A DNA stretch of 64,000 bases from Mobula hypostoma. Taxonomy: Eukaryota. Below the pieces are notes generated by a model, which searched no databases, had not been told where the DNA came from, and worked only from the letters and a program-made list of their open reading frames with translations. Position 1 is the stretch's first letter. Each line of letters starts with the position of its first letter. The position numbers were made by a program, and so were the translations under genes. This document shows positions 13,195-25,306 of the stretch, in pieces. The DNA is taken from the NCBI RefSeq assembly GCF_963921235.1, contig NC_086108.1, positions 112,780,001 through 112,844,000 of the forward strand, given 5' to 3'.

Positions 13195-15546
13195 TGTGTC
13201 ATCGTCTTCCACCAGCTCTTGGTTGAATCATTCTTTATCTAGAACCTCCCCCTTACCTTACTGCCAGGGGTGACCCTACCAGGAGCTAAACTCCAGACGG
13301 CATTGCTCTGGGGATCTGAGGAACTCACAAGCCTCTCCACTGTGACAAGGTGAAGATCCTCAGAGAAGTACAATAGATTATGTTGTACCATCTCTCTTGA
13401 AATGTTTCCTACTTCTGCACAAACAAGCAAACAGAAGTAGGAGGAGGCTACTTGGCCCTTCAGTTCTGTCTCACGGTTCAATTAGACCATGACCGATCTG
13501 CCCCAGGTCATCTCCCTAACCAGTTCCCCATAAAAGTCAAAGTCAAGGGCACCATGGTAGTCTGGCAGCTCAGCCTGTCAGAGCTCAGAGTTCAATTGCA
13601 GTGCCATCCGTAAGGAGTTTGTACGTTCTCCCCGTGACCACGTGGGTTTCCTCCCGCAGTCCAAAGACGTACCAGTTGGTAGGTTAATTGGTCAATGTAA
13701 ACAGGGCTAGGATTAAATAGGTAGGCTGCTGGGTGGAGAGGCTTGAAGAGCCTGTTCCTCACTGTATCTACGTAAATAAATAACATTGATTGTCATCGGC
13801 TCAAGTCCCTGGATCCACAGGTGCAATGAAAACCAGCAGCATCACAGGGCTACAGAGAGCCTCAGGTCAGCAACAGTCACAAGAAAAACAAAAGCTAAAC
13901 AGAAATCATACACAATTTTTACAAGACGGAACAGAATTACAATAAAAAGTCTATTTTAGTGCAAAGCGGTCATAGCGTTCTAAACTCTAATTTGCCAGTA
14001 GTTTCATGAACTGAATGGCTGAAGGGAAGTAGCTCAAAGTTCTGAGCAAGGGGCATGCATGTCACTGTATACAACCCTGAGATTCATTTTCTTGCAGGCA
14101 CCTACAGTAAATCCAAGGCTGCACCCAACAGGATGGACAAACAAACAACAGACTGTGCAAATACAAAAGAAAATGAATAATAATAGTAAATAAATAAGCA
14201 ATACATTTAGAGAATATGAGATGAAAATCCTTGCGAGTCCTAGATTGTGGAAAGATTCAGTGATGGGGTGACTGAAATTGAGTGAAGTTATCCCTTCTGG
14301 TTCAGGAGCTTGATGGTTGAGAGGTAATTACTGTCCCTGAACTTTGGTGGTGCAGCTCCTGTACCTCCTCCCTGATGACAGCAGCAAGAAAAGAGCACGG
14401 CCTTACCTGCTGTTTCTCAGTCTGGTGGTGTGGGTCTTCCGACTTCTCTACCTCCTCCTGACGGCACCTGTGAGAGGATGGCATGGGCCGGATAGTGGGG
14501 ACCTCTGATGAAAGACGTTGCCTTCTTAAGGCAGCGCCTCCTGTAGATGTTTCCGATGGTGGGGAGGGACGTGCCGGTGATATATTGGGCAGAGTTCACT
14601 GCTCTCCAGAGCTCTCTTATCTTCCCGCAGGTTTGCCCACAAGTGACTGATCTTTTGGAATCAGATCAGGTTTAATATTACTGGAATATGTCATGAAATT
14701 GTTGTTTTGTGGCAGCAATATATTGCAATACATAATTTTGAAACTATAAATTACAATAATAAATATATATAATTAGTGCAAAAACAATGAATTAATGCGT
14801 TCATTGTCCATTTGGGAATCTGCTGGTAGAGGGAAGAAGCTGTTCCTGAATCACTGAGTGTGTGTCTTCAGGCTCCTGTAGCTCCTCCCTGAGGACAGCA
14901 ATGAGAAAGGAGCAGGTCCCTAATGGTGAGGGTACTTAATGACTGATGCCACCTTTTTGAGGTTTCACCTTTTGAAGATGTCTATGATGTTGTGGTAGCT
15001 AGTGTCCATGATTGAGCTAGCTAAATTTATAACTTTCTGCAGCTTTTTCCACCCAAACACAAATCTCCCTGGTGATCCAATCTCCACACCCTGTGGGGAG
15101 GAGAATTCCAGCGATTCACCTCCCAAGAATTCCCCACAACCCCCGTTTGATCTCCCGCCCATGTTTTTGACCTCTCTCCCAGGGAAACCGCCAGTTCATG
15201 ACTCATTCTCCTCTCAGGCTCGGCACTGACGGGTTCTCCCCATCGTCCCAGGGCTTCAGCACTGACAACAACCTCACTAATCTCCAGTGCGCCCTCGCCT
15301 TCCTGCAGCCTGGGGTCCCGAAACGAAATGCTCACAGTACTTCATCTGTTTGTTCGGCCCCCGCTGTTTGACCTCCCTGGGTTTGGATTCTGTCTCTGCC
15401 GACAAAAAAAAACCCTCAAAGATTCATCGCTCGTTCTTTCCTTGCGCTCTATGGCTTTCAACCTGTCAGCAACGCCGCGAGAAGAAGCGCTGGCAGGGTC
15501 CCGGGTTCGATCCCGACCCCGGTGCTGTCTACCTTTGTGAGATGTA

Positions 15547-15581
<35 letters not shown>

Positions 15582-16609
15582 GGGGCAAGGAGCAGCATCG
15601 GACCATCAACAAGGTACAGGAGCCTCAGGGCCCACACCACCAAGCTCAGGAACAGATATTACCCCTCAAGCACCAAGCTCTTGCACCAGAGGGGATAACT
15701 TCACTCTCCCCATCACTGAACTGTTCCCACAACCTATAGACTCACTTTCAACGACTCTTCACCTCGTGTTCTAGAAATTTATTGTAATTTATGGTTTTTA
15801 AAATTATATATTACAAGATATCGCTGCCACAAAACAACAATTTCATGAGATACTCCAGTGATATTAAACCTGATCTGATTCTGAAAGATCAGTCACTGCA
15901 GGAAGATAAGGGAGCTCTGGAGAGTACTGAACTCTGCCCAATACATCACCGGCACGTCCCTCCCCACCATCGGAAACATCCACAGGAGGTGCTGCCTTAA
16001 GAAGGCAACGTCTTTCATCAGAGATCCCCCACTATCCGACCCATTGTACCTTCTCACAGCTAGCACCGGGCAGGAGGTACAGAACCCTAAAGTCCCACAC
16101 TACCAGATTCAAGAACAAGAAAGTTCCTGTTCTCTCGTTCCTGCCGTCAGGAATGAGCTACTGGAACCTCAGGACCAGCACCATCAGGTTAAGGAAGTTA
16201 TTACTGTACCTCTCAATCATCAGGCTGTCGAACCAAAGGGTTCACTTACTAGTCAGTTCCCCATTCCAGTCACTTCACAACTAAATATTTTCACATCTGT
16301 AAACATTTCTTCAGGGAGACGCGGACAATGCCTAAATATAGAGCGGACTGCGAAGCATCTACCAAGGTCTGACAGCCGGAACAAGGATGAGCTTATTTGG
16401 AAATTCCCTGCTCGTCTGTTTCTGGGAGTTATTTTACAATGGGACATCAGATTCTCAAATGAAAGCGGCGACTAGACTGACTGCCGAATCTCGCGTCTTC
16501 AGCCGCATATTTTGTGTATGTGTCTGTGTGTGTGGTGTAACTATTCTGACGGGGGATCTCTACCAAGAAACGATAATCCTTCTCTTTGACTATTTTATAA
16601 ATCTTTCTC

Positions 16610-16625
16610 TCACACGCACACAATT

Positions 16626-16668
<43 letters not shown>

Positions 16669-16945
16669 CACAGACATACACACAGACACACACTCACAGA
16701 CACACACACATATACATTGACACACACACATACACACACACACTCTCACAGACACACACACACAGACATACACACACACACACTCTCACAGACACACACA
16801 ATTTCTCATACACACACACTCAAACAAATACACATACACATAACATCAAACATACACAAACACATTCACGGAAACACATACATACACACACAGACACACA
16901 CACAGACAGACACAGACACACACACACACAAATACACTCGCATTG
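16610..16945. repeat. Compound (TC)n/(CA)n microsatellite about 1.5 kb upstream of CCN1
   Basis: Directly visible; explains the TH/CV-rich ORFs. Confidence 0.95.
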
Positions 16946-17967
16946 ACACTTTCCCGTTACTTGAAAACCAAGAACGAAATTTAACTGCAGTGTCAGGTAC
17001 AGTATAACTGACACATCTCCCTGGCTGCTGTTCGACCACGGGACATCATCCCCCCATCGCGCCCCGCTGCGCAACGGGCTTCCGAAAACATCTTCAATAT
17101 TGTTGTTGGAAGTCTGCTCCTTCAACAGTTACAGCTAAAAAAAACTAAATTACCTCAAATTCCACGGGCGTCTCACAAATCCACGGGGTCGTTGGACCAG
17201 ATGAATGTGCTCAGATCTTTAACTGATCACGTACTTTGTGGATCAGTCTGATTTAGGACACCGAATAGAGGCTCGGGAAAGAGCGTGCGGACAATTCCTG
17301 TCTGGTCTGCTGTGCAGAATCTTCCTAGAATCTTAAGCAAAGCTGTGACTTTACACATAAAAAAGAATCACCGTGTAGTTCCAATTGCAGAGATGCGACC
17401 CACACCATTGAAAAGGGAGTCACTTCAGAAGGTAGTATACGTTCTCAGGCAGTTCTCCTTGGAAAAACTGAATCGTCTCAGAATTTATAAATGCAAGAGA
17501 TTCTGCAGATGCTGGAAATCCAGATAAACACACACAACACACACACGCGCGCACACACAATGCTGGAGGAACTCAGCAGGTAAGGCAGCATCTATGGAAA
17601 TGAATAAACAGTCGACGTCTCGGGCCGAGTCCCTTCACCAGACCTCTCAGACTTTTCCAGGTCAGACATGGGTTAAACCACGTTCCCCTAACTGGGAGTG
17701 AAAACACAAAACAGTGTCGCTTTCAGAATTACTGTGACTCCCCCCCCCCCAACTCTGTCTTCCCGTCAATAAAGTTCCCCAAAAAGACGGGATTAAGTCT
17801 GGGAACCCCACACCAAGACCTCTGCTCAAACATGAATGAAAACCTTTTTTAAGCAAAACAAAACACACACATACACATTCCCTCAAAAAAAAGTTTTGAG
17901 ATGTCAACAATATTTTGTGGTCGAGATGGCAGTCGAAAAATGTGGAAAAGAGGAGATTTCTGCGTTA

Positions 17968-17977
17968 CCAAATATGG
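17968..17977 (+). promoter_or_regulatory. CArG box / serum response element upstream of CCN1
   Basis: Perfect CC(A/T)6GG = CCAAATATGG, flanked by TEAD-type motifs CATTCC (17876-17881) and GGAATG (18011-18016); CCN1 is an established SRF/MRTF and YAP-TEAD target. Confidence 0.75.
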
Positions 17978-18299
17978 GAATAATGTTACCTCGTGGAGGA
18001 TAATTCATCTGGAATGTGTTAAAACGGATGCGGGCAAAGTGTACGGGGCGGGAAGAGGATCTAATTCTCCCAGTAGTGAATACGAAATGGTTTGTATATA
18101 TTCTATTATGCAATCTTCAAAGCATGCTGTGTGCCCCCTCCCTCCCTCCCTTCTTGCTCGCAGACTCCCGTTGGATGTGTCCAAAAGTGATGTGTGGTGT
18201 TTTCATTGGGGAGGGAGGGAGAGGGAAGAGCGGAACGGCTCGGATTATTTTTCTCTGCCGCTGTAACCGGGGCGGTGTCTGTGGAAAACCCGCCGGAGA

Positions 18300-18406
18300 C
18301 ATTCCTGAAATTGTTGGTGAGGTGCCCTGAGACAGAGGTTTTTGAAGGGGGGTGGGGTGGGGAAGGGGAACGTCAGCCGAGAGGACGCCAGGGAGGCTTA
18401 TATAAG
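18300..18406 (+). promoter_or_regulatory. CCN1 core promoter: TEAD (MCAT) site, CRE-like site, TATA box
   Basis: CATTCC 18300-18305, AACGTCA 18369-18375, TATATAAG 18399-18406, about 160 nt before the ATG in CpG-rich repeat-free DNA. Confidence 0.8.
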
Positions 18407-18563
18407 GCTAAACGCGCAGCGAGAGACTCCAGACTAGCAGAGAAGCCGCAACTCGAGCCGGAGTCGCTCGCTGACATTCTCAATCACTCACCCTGACTCC
18501 ACGACCGTCGCCAGCCAAGGACTCGCTGAGGAATTAAAGGCTTCGCTCCCTTCTCTCTCCAGA

Positions 18564-18614
18564 ATGATCCACTGTGTAGCTGTCGCTGTCCTCCTCACCC
18601 TCTCCCTCGCTGAA
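18564..18614 (+). CDS. CCN1: CCN1/CYR61 coding exon 1 (signal peptide MIHCVAVAVLLTLSLAE)
   Basis: ATG at 18564 downstream of a TATA box; 17 mostly hydrophobic codons; donor GAA|gtaagt, phase 0, matching exon 2. Confidence 0.9.
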
Positions 18615-19018
18615 GTAAGTCGCCTGGTTTGCAGACTTTTAATGTCTGTGTATATATTATTTTCTTTTGCGAGCCCTGGAGTAATGTCCCGTCCTTGGTG
18701 GATGGGGTCGGACTTCCAAATCCTACCCGGAGGCAGGGTCTCGACCAGGAACATCTCCCCACGGGTGTTGTCCGACCCGCTGAATCCCTCCACCGGCTGG
18801 TTTGCCGCTCCTGAGTCCAGCACCACGCGTCTAGCACGGGGCGGGAGGGAGGGGCCGAGCGGCCATCCTCAAATGCGGATTAACGTTTACGAGTCGAACC
18901 GCTTTGGTACTGTGTGTGTGTGTGTCTGTGAGTGTGTGTCAGTGAGTGTGTGGCGTGGGGTGGGGGTTGTAAATCCCGTTGCCACGTTGAGCCTGACTGA
19001 TCCGCCGTGTTTCCACAG

Positions 19019-19232
19019 GCCGAACTGAGCTGCGGACCCGAGTGCCGGTGCCCCCAGGAGCCGCCGCGCTGCGCTCCCGGGGTCAGCCTGGTTTTGGACG
19101 GCTGCGGCTGTTGCCAAGTCTGCGCCCGGCAGCTGAATGAGGACTGTAGCAAAGCGCTGCCCTGCGACCACTCCAGAGGCCTCGAGTGCAACTTCGGCGC
19201 CAGCCCCAGCGCCCAGCGAGGGATCTGCAGAG
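19019..19232 (+). CDS. CCN1: CCN1 exon 2, IGFBP module
   Basis: ttccacag| acceptor, |gtaaga donor; [71 protein letters not shown] contains GCGCCxxC; 214 nt, ends phase 1. Confidence 0.97.
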
Positions 19233-19514
19233 GTAAGAGGGGGGACCGGCCCCACAGTGATCCCCCGCCAACACTTAAAACCATGTATGGTTCTGCTTTG
19301 GTCACGGACTGGCAGTGAACAATCCTGACTTCACTCGTGTGGAATGCAATTCAGCTCTTTTCCAACCGAAGACACAAGAGACGGCAGATGCTAGAACTCG
19401 GGGCTAAGAAAACAAGAGTGCTGGGGGGGGGGGGGCAGACAGCGTCTCCTGAGAGGAGGGAGAGTACAGCCCATGTTTGAGAGGGGAACTATCAGTCCAG
19501 ATAGTCGGGGAGAA

Positions 19515-20315
19515 CTTCGGGCAGATGGAGTACAGTGTAGGGAAGTGTATGGTCATGCACTTTGGTAGAAGGAGTAAAGGCATAGACTACTTTCTAAACT
19601 GGGAGAAAATTCAAAAATCTGAGGTGCAAAGGGACTTGGAAGTCGTTGTGTAGGATTCCCTAAAGGCTAACTTGCAGGTTGAGTGGTGGCAAGGAAGGCA
19701 AATCCTCACTTCAAGAGGACTAGAATATGAAAGCAAGGATGTGATGCTGAGGCTTTCTAAGGCATTGGTCAGACTGGAGTTTAGAAGAATGGGGGGGCGG
19801 AGAGAATCTCATTGAAACCTGATGAATTATGAAAAACGCAAACACGAGGAATTCTGCAGGTGCTGGAAATTCAAGCAACACACATCAAAGTTGCTGGTGA
19901 ACACAGCAGGCCAGGCAGCACCTCTAGAAAGAGGTACAGTCGACGTTTCGGGCCGAGACCCTTCGTCAGGATATTGAAAGATCTGGTTAGAGTGGATGTG
20001 GAGAGGATGTTCCCAATAGTGGGGGAATCTAGGAATAGAGGGCACAACCTCAGATTAGAGGGACGTCCATTTAGAATAGAGATGAGGGGAAATTTCTTTA
20101 GCGGGGGGTGGGGGTGAACCGGTGGAATTCATTACCACCGCCTGTTGTGGAAACAAAGTCATTGGCTGTATTTAAAGTGGAGGTTGATAGGTTCTTGATT
20201 AGTCAAAGGTTATGGGGAGAAGGCAGGAGAATGGGGTTGAAAGGGATAATAAATGGCCGAGCAGACTTGATGGGCCGAAAGGCCTTTCTGCTCCTATGGC
20301 TAATGGTCTTATGGA
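19515..20315 (+). mobile_element. CR1 3' fragment in CCN1 intron 2, interrupted by a Penelope terminal piece (about 19826-19971, minus)
   Basis: CR1 RT/3' UTR similarity on both sides of the insert; the insert matches 61700-61805. Confidence 0.8.
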
Positions 20316-20433
20316 GACTGAGCAGGAGGGGAGGGGACTCCGGGTGGTTTTGGGTGTGTGGGGAGGGGATCTTGCTCTCTGCCGCTTTCCCCCTCACTTA
20401 AATACCTTTGTGCCTCCCCCTGTGTTTCCACAG

Positions 20434-20793
20434 CCAAGCTGGAGGGTCGCCCCTGTGAGTACGGCAGCCGGATCTACCAGAACGGCGAGATCTTCCAGCC
20501 CAACTGCAAACACCAATGTACCTGCATGGACGGGGCAGTCGGCTGCCTCCCCCTCTGCCCCCAGGAGCTGTCGCTGCCCGACGTGGCCTGCCCCAACCTT
20601 CGTCTGGTCAAGGTTCCAGGCCGCTGCTGCGAGGAGTGGGTCTGCGACGCGGGCAAGGCCCGGCGCAGGGGTGAGGCTGAGACCGGGCGGGGCGTCCTCA
20701 GCCAGGAGACGGCGGTGGAACTGTGGCAGGACCAGCCGCGCTACAACAACCAGCTCCTCTCTCTGCTCAAGAAGACGATGAAGGGGCAACCAG
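20434..20793 (+). CDS. CCN1: CCN1 exon 3, VWC module plus hinge
   Basis: tttccacag| ... |gtgagc; [46 protein letters not shown]...CCEEWVCD followed by a long CCN1-type hinge; 360 nt, phase 1-1. Confidence 0.96.
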
Positions 20794-22182
20794 GTGAGCA
20801 CAGGTGTCGGGTCAAAGTTCAAAGTAAATTTATTGTCAAAGGACATGAGATTCATCTTCTCCCGGGGATGAGGATCTCGGAGCTTCTGATGGCAGTCCTG
20901 TAGCTCTGGTTTTTACAGGATAGGTCTGCTAGCCCCATGGCCATCACTCCTTTCGTAGTGGCCTATGGCAGAGTTAAGCAAATTAACAATAATCAATAAA
21001 TACCGAGAACATGAGATGAAGAGTCTTTGAAAGTGAGCCCATAGTTTGTGGTATCACTTCAGTGATGGGGCGAGTGAAGTTATCCCTTCTGGTTCAGGAG
21101 CCTGATGGTTTAGGGGTAGTAACTGTTCCTGAACCTGGTGGTGCGGATTCTGAGGCTCCTGTGCCTCCTTCCTGATGGCAGCAGTGAGAAGAGAGCATGG
21201 TCCGGGTGGTCAGTCTGCCTTTGTGCCTCTGACAGTCGATGGAGCGTCCAGTTATTGCTCCTCTCCTTCACTCACCCTGTGACCTTTCCCCTCACCCATA
21301 CTCCCCTGCTCCAGTGAATGTGCTGCCCCCCACCCCCATCCCCATCCCCAATCCTTGCACTCGTGTCAGATCCTGGAAGGGAAAATTCTCTCAATCCTGC
21401 TTCCAAACTGCGGAAAAGGGCAAAACATCTCCGTGAGGTAAATTGGAAAGGTTAGATCCAGCATGGTCCTCCTCCATGTGATGGCTAGCATAATGCTACT
21501 ACAGTGCCAGTGACCGGGCTATAATTCCTGACGCTGTCTGTGTGGGGTTTGCACGTTCTCCCCGTTTGCTCCACATGCTCCAGTGTCCTCCCACGTTCCA
21601 ATGATATGCGGGTTAGTAGCTCAATTGGTCACATGACAGTGTGGGCTCGTTACCGTGCCAAATCTCCAAAAATAAATCAATCTATCATTAGACATGTATG
21701 GATTAGTGTTGCGGGCGTGCCTATGTTGGTGGTAGAAGCGTGGTAATACCTGCACATCCACGGACTGAGTTATTTATTTTATTTAGAGATACACTGCGAC
21801 AGGTCAGGCCCTTCGAACCACACCGCCCAGCAACCCAACAATTTAACCCGAGCCTAATCACAGGACAATTTACAATGACCAGTCAGCCTACGAACCAGTA
21901 CGTCTTTGGAGTGTGGGAGGAAACCAGAGCACTCGGAGGAAACCCTCATGCACGTGGGAATGAACGTACAAACTTGCTTACAGAGGACGCCGGAATTGAA
22001 CTCTGAACTCAGACGCCTCAGGTTGCAATAGCGTCACACTGACTGCTATACTACTGTGGCGCCCCGCGTGGGTGATTATCACGAAGCAAAAAAATTTCAT
22101 TATACTGTATGTTCAATGTACATATGACAAAAAAATTTTCATTCCCCATGTGTCTACATTCACCTGCCTTCTTTGGTTGTAG

Positions 22183-22355
22183 CTTGGAGACCCAAGTGCT
22201 ACGTTCAGACAACGGAGTGGTCGCAGTGTTCCAGGACCTGTGGGGTGGGTGTCTCCACCAGGGTCACCAATGACAACCCCGAATGCAAGCTTCGGAAAGA
22301 GACCAGACTCTGCAACCTCCGGCCCTGCCACCAGGTTGCCCTTCCTGACCTCAAG
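22183..22355 (+). CDS. CCN1: CCN1 exon 4, TSP1 module
   Basis: ttgtag| ... AAG|gtgaga; [48 protein letters not shown]; 173 nt, phase 1-0. Confidence 0.96.
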
Positions 22356-23287
22356 GTGAGACCCTCGCTCTCCTCCTCCACCTGTGCAGGTACACACGTG
22401 CAGCGGGTAGAGTCCCTGCCTCGTGTGGTGCCAGGGACCAGGGTTCAATCCCGACCTCTGGCGCTGTCTGCGTGGAGTTTGCACGTCCTCCATCTGACTG
22501 TATGGGTTTCCCGCAGGTGCTGCTGTTCCCTCTCATGTCCCGCAGACATGTGGGACGGTGGGTTTCGCTGTCAATCACCCACAATGTGTGGGTGAGGGGT
22601 GGGAGTGGGGGAGAGTGAAATGGGATCAGTGTAGGATTGGTGTCAACGGGAGGGTGATGGTCAGTACAGACTCAATCTTCCAAAGGGCCTGGTTCCATGA
22701 TGTTTTACTCCCCACGACTGTCGGACCGAGGCTTGGAGGGATATGGGCCAAACACGGGAGACGAGTTTGCTGGTCATAAATTCATTGGGCCAAGTGGCTG
22801 TAATTTCTCTCTGGGTTTTATAACAACAGAATTTTATATTGTTTACTTTTTGTGGGTCTCGGTACAGTGAAAGGTTTGTCTTGTACTGTTCATGCATATC
22901 AGATCATTACACAGTGCAGAGGCAGAACAAGATAAAGCAGTAACAATGCAGAATGAAGTGTTATAGTTACAGAGAGAGTGCAGTGCAGGCAGCCAACAAG
23001 GTGCAACGTAGATAGTGAGGTCCAGACACCATCTCATTGCACTAGAGGACCCTTCAATAGTCTGATACAGCGGGATAGAAGCTGTCCTTCAGCCTGGTGG
23101 TACATGCTTTCAGGGTTTTCTCTCTTCTCCCACTGGGCAGAAGATACAATTTCTAGGGTGGGTGGGGGTCTTTGATTATGCTGGCAGTGGGAATTGTAGG
23201 CATTTTTATTCAAAACCTGGTTAGACCACACTCGGAATATTGCGTTTATTTCTGGTCATCTCATTTACAGGGAGGATGTAGAAGCTT

Positions 23288-23840
23288 TAGAGATGGTGCA
23301 GAGGAGATTTACCAGGAAGCTGCCTGGATTAGAGAGGGTGCAGAGGAGATTTACCAGGATTGTGCCTGGATTAGAGAGGGTGCAGAGGAGATTTACCAGG
23401 ATGCTGCCTGGATTAGAGAGGATGCAGAGGAGATTTACCAGGATGCTGCCTGGATTAGAGAGGATGCAGAGGAGATTTGCCAGAAAGCTGCCTGGATTAG
23501 AGAGGGTGCAGAGGAGATTTACCAGGATGCTGCCTGGATTAGAGAGGATGCAGAGGAGATTTACCAGGATTGTGCCTGGATTAGAGAGGGTGCAGAGGAG
23601 ATTTACCAGGATGCTGCCTGGATTAGAGAGGATGCAGAGGAGATTTACCAGGATTGTGCCTGGATTAGAGAGGGTGCAGAGGAGATTTACCAGGATGCTG
23701 CCTGGATTAGAGAGGATGCAGAGGAGATTTACCAGGATTGTGCCTGGATTAGAGAGGGTGCAGAGGAGATTTACCAGGATGCTGCCTGGATTAGAGAGGA
23801 TGCAGAGGAGATTTACCAGGAAACTGCCTGGATTAGAGAG
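23288..23840 (+). repeat. 42-bp tandem repeat (about 13 copies) inside a CR1 3' fragment (about 23205-24250) in CCN1 intron 4
   Basis: Unit GAGAGGGTGCAGAGGAGATTTACCAGGATGCTGCCTGGATTA = ERVQRRFTRMLPGL, a CR1 ORF2 motif; CR1 sequence continues on both sides. Confidence 0.95.
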
Positions 23841-24314
23841 CATGTCTTCTGAGAAAAGGTTGATTGAGCTAGGGCTTTACTCTTTGGAGGGAAGGAGGAT
23901 GAGCGGTGACTCGATAGAGGTGTACCAGATGATAAGAGGCATAGATAAAGCGGACAGCCAGAGGAAGGGTGGAAATGGCTAATGTGAGGGGGCATAATTT
24001 TAAAGTGATTGGAGGAAAGTATAGGGGAGATTTCAGAGGCAGAGAGTGCTGGGTATGTGGAATGTGCTGCCAGGGCTGGTGGTCAAGGCAGATACATCAG
24101 GGACATTGAAAAGGCTCTTAGAAAGGCACGTGGGTGGCAGAAAAGTGGAGGGTTATGTGGGAGGGAAGGGTTAGATTTACCTTAGAGTGAGTTAAAGGAC
24201 TGGTACAACATGATGGGCTGAAGGGCCTGTACTGTGCTGTTTGATGTTCTATATGCAGTTTGAATTGCCAAACAGCCAGTTCATGTACTTTGCTTTCTTT
24301 CTCCCCCGATACAG

Positions 24315-24617
24315 AGAGGGAAGAAATGTTTTAGAACGAAGAAGTCAAGCACAGCGACACACTTCACCCACGCCGGCTGCAGCAGCGTGAAGAGGTACCG
24401 CTCCAAGTACTGCGGCTCGTGCGTGGATGGCCGCTGCTGTACGCCCCAGCAGACCCGTACGGTCCGAGTGCGCTTTCGCTGCCCTGATGGCGAGACCTTC
24501 ACCAAGGACATGATGATGATCCAGTCCTGTCGCTGCCACTACGACTGCCCCCACCACAACGAGGCCTCCAGTCCTTACGTCATGCTGCACAACGACATCC
24601 ATAAGTTCATCGATTGA
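24315..24617 (+). CDS. CCN1: CCN1 exon 5 coding part, cystine-knot (CT) module
   Basis: polypyrimidine tract + atacag|; [11 protein letters not shown]...[43 protein letters not shown]...[10 protein letters not shown]; the NDIHKF end is CCN1-like; the five exons join to 1101 nt. Confidence 0.97.
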   Translation, partial: RGKKCFRTKKSSTATHFTHAGCSSVKRYRSKYCGSCVDGRCCTPQQTRTVRVRFRCPDGETFTKDMMMIQSCRCHYDCPHHNEASSPYVMLHNDIHKFID

Positions 24618-25306
24618 AGCCCCCCCACCCTGCCGCCATCTCCGGTGGGCATGAGGCAGGCAGCAGAGGTGTCCGCCGTTCAGTGAGAGGGACACCACCA
24701 GCAGGAATTCATCCTCTCCCACGGTTATACGGATACCAGTACAAGTCACTAAGACTGGGTGGTTGCCTCTAACTGTGCACTCCTGTCTCCCCGTCAGTGA
24801 GCGCAGACAGTCGGGATGTTTAAGGCTCTTAGAGTGTAAGACCAAGAGACTTACGAGTAGAATTAAGCCATTCGGCCCATCGAATCTGCTCTGCTGTTCG
24901 ATCAAGGCTAATTTATTATCCTTCTCAACTCCATTCTACCCGTAACCTTAAATATGCCTAATGACTCAGCCTCCAAAGCCATCTGTGGCAGTGAATTCCA
25001 CAGATTCACCAGCCTACCTGGGTGGGGGTCGCTTTGGCTTGGTAGTACAAAAGGGACCAGGAACGGAGGTGAGGGAAATGTTACAGCAATTGTTAGACTG
25101 TTACTTATTCCTATGTGCACTGTGCATTAATGCCCTTGGGGGCAACTGAGACTGAGGGGTGGGTGAACCCTCAAGTGTTAAGTTGAAGCTTCAATTAATT
25201 GGAGCAGAGAAAAAGCTTCATATTGGAGCATAGCTTACTCACTTTTATTGTTCTGATTGTAACAAAATGGTGTATATTCGTATTATTATATAATGTCTTA
25301 TCGTGT

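Noticed and set aside
1..16250. DDAH1 exons, expected upstream of CCN1 from mammalian synteny
   Set aside because: No DDAH-like peptide recognised in this interval
16387..17125. His/Thr- and Cys/Val-rich ORFs
   Set aside because: Translations of a (CA)n microsatellite
18397..18407. CTTATATAAGG as a second CArG box
   Set aside because: Does not fit CC(A/T)6GG; better read as the TATA box
23172..23982. Three overlapping 190-230 aa ORFs
   Set aside because: Tandemly amplified CR1 fragment in an intron
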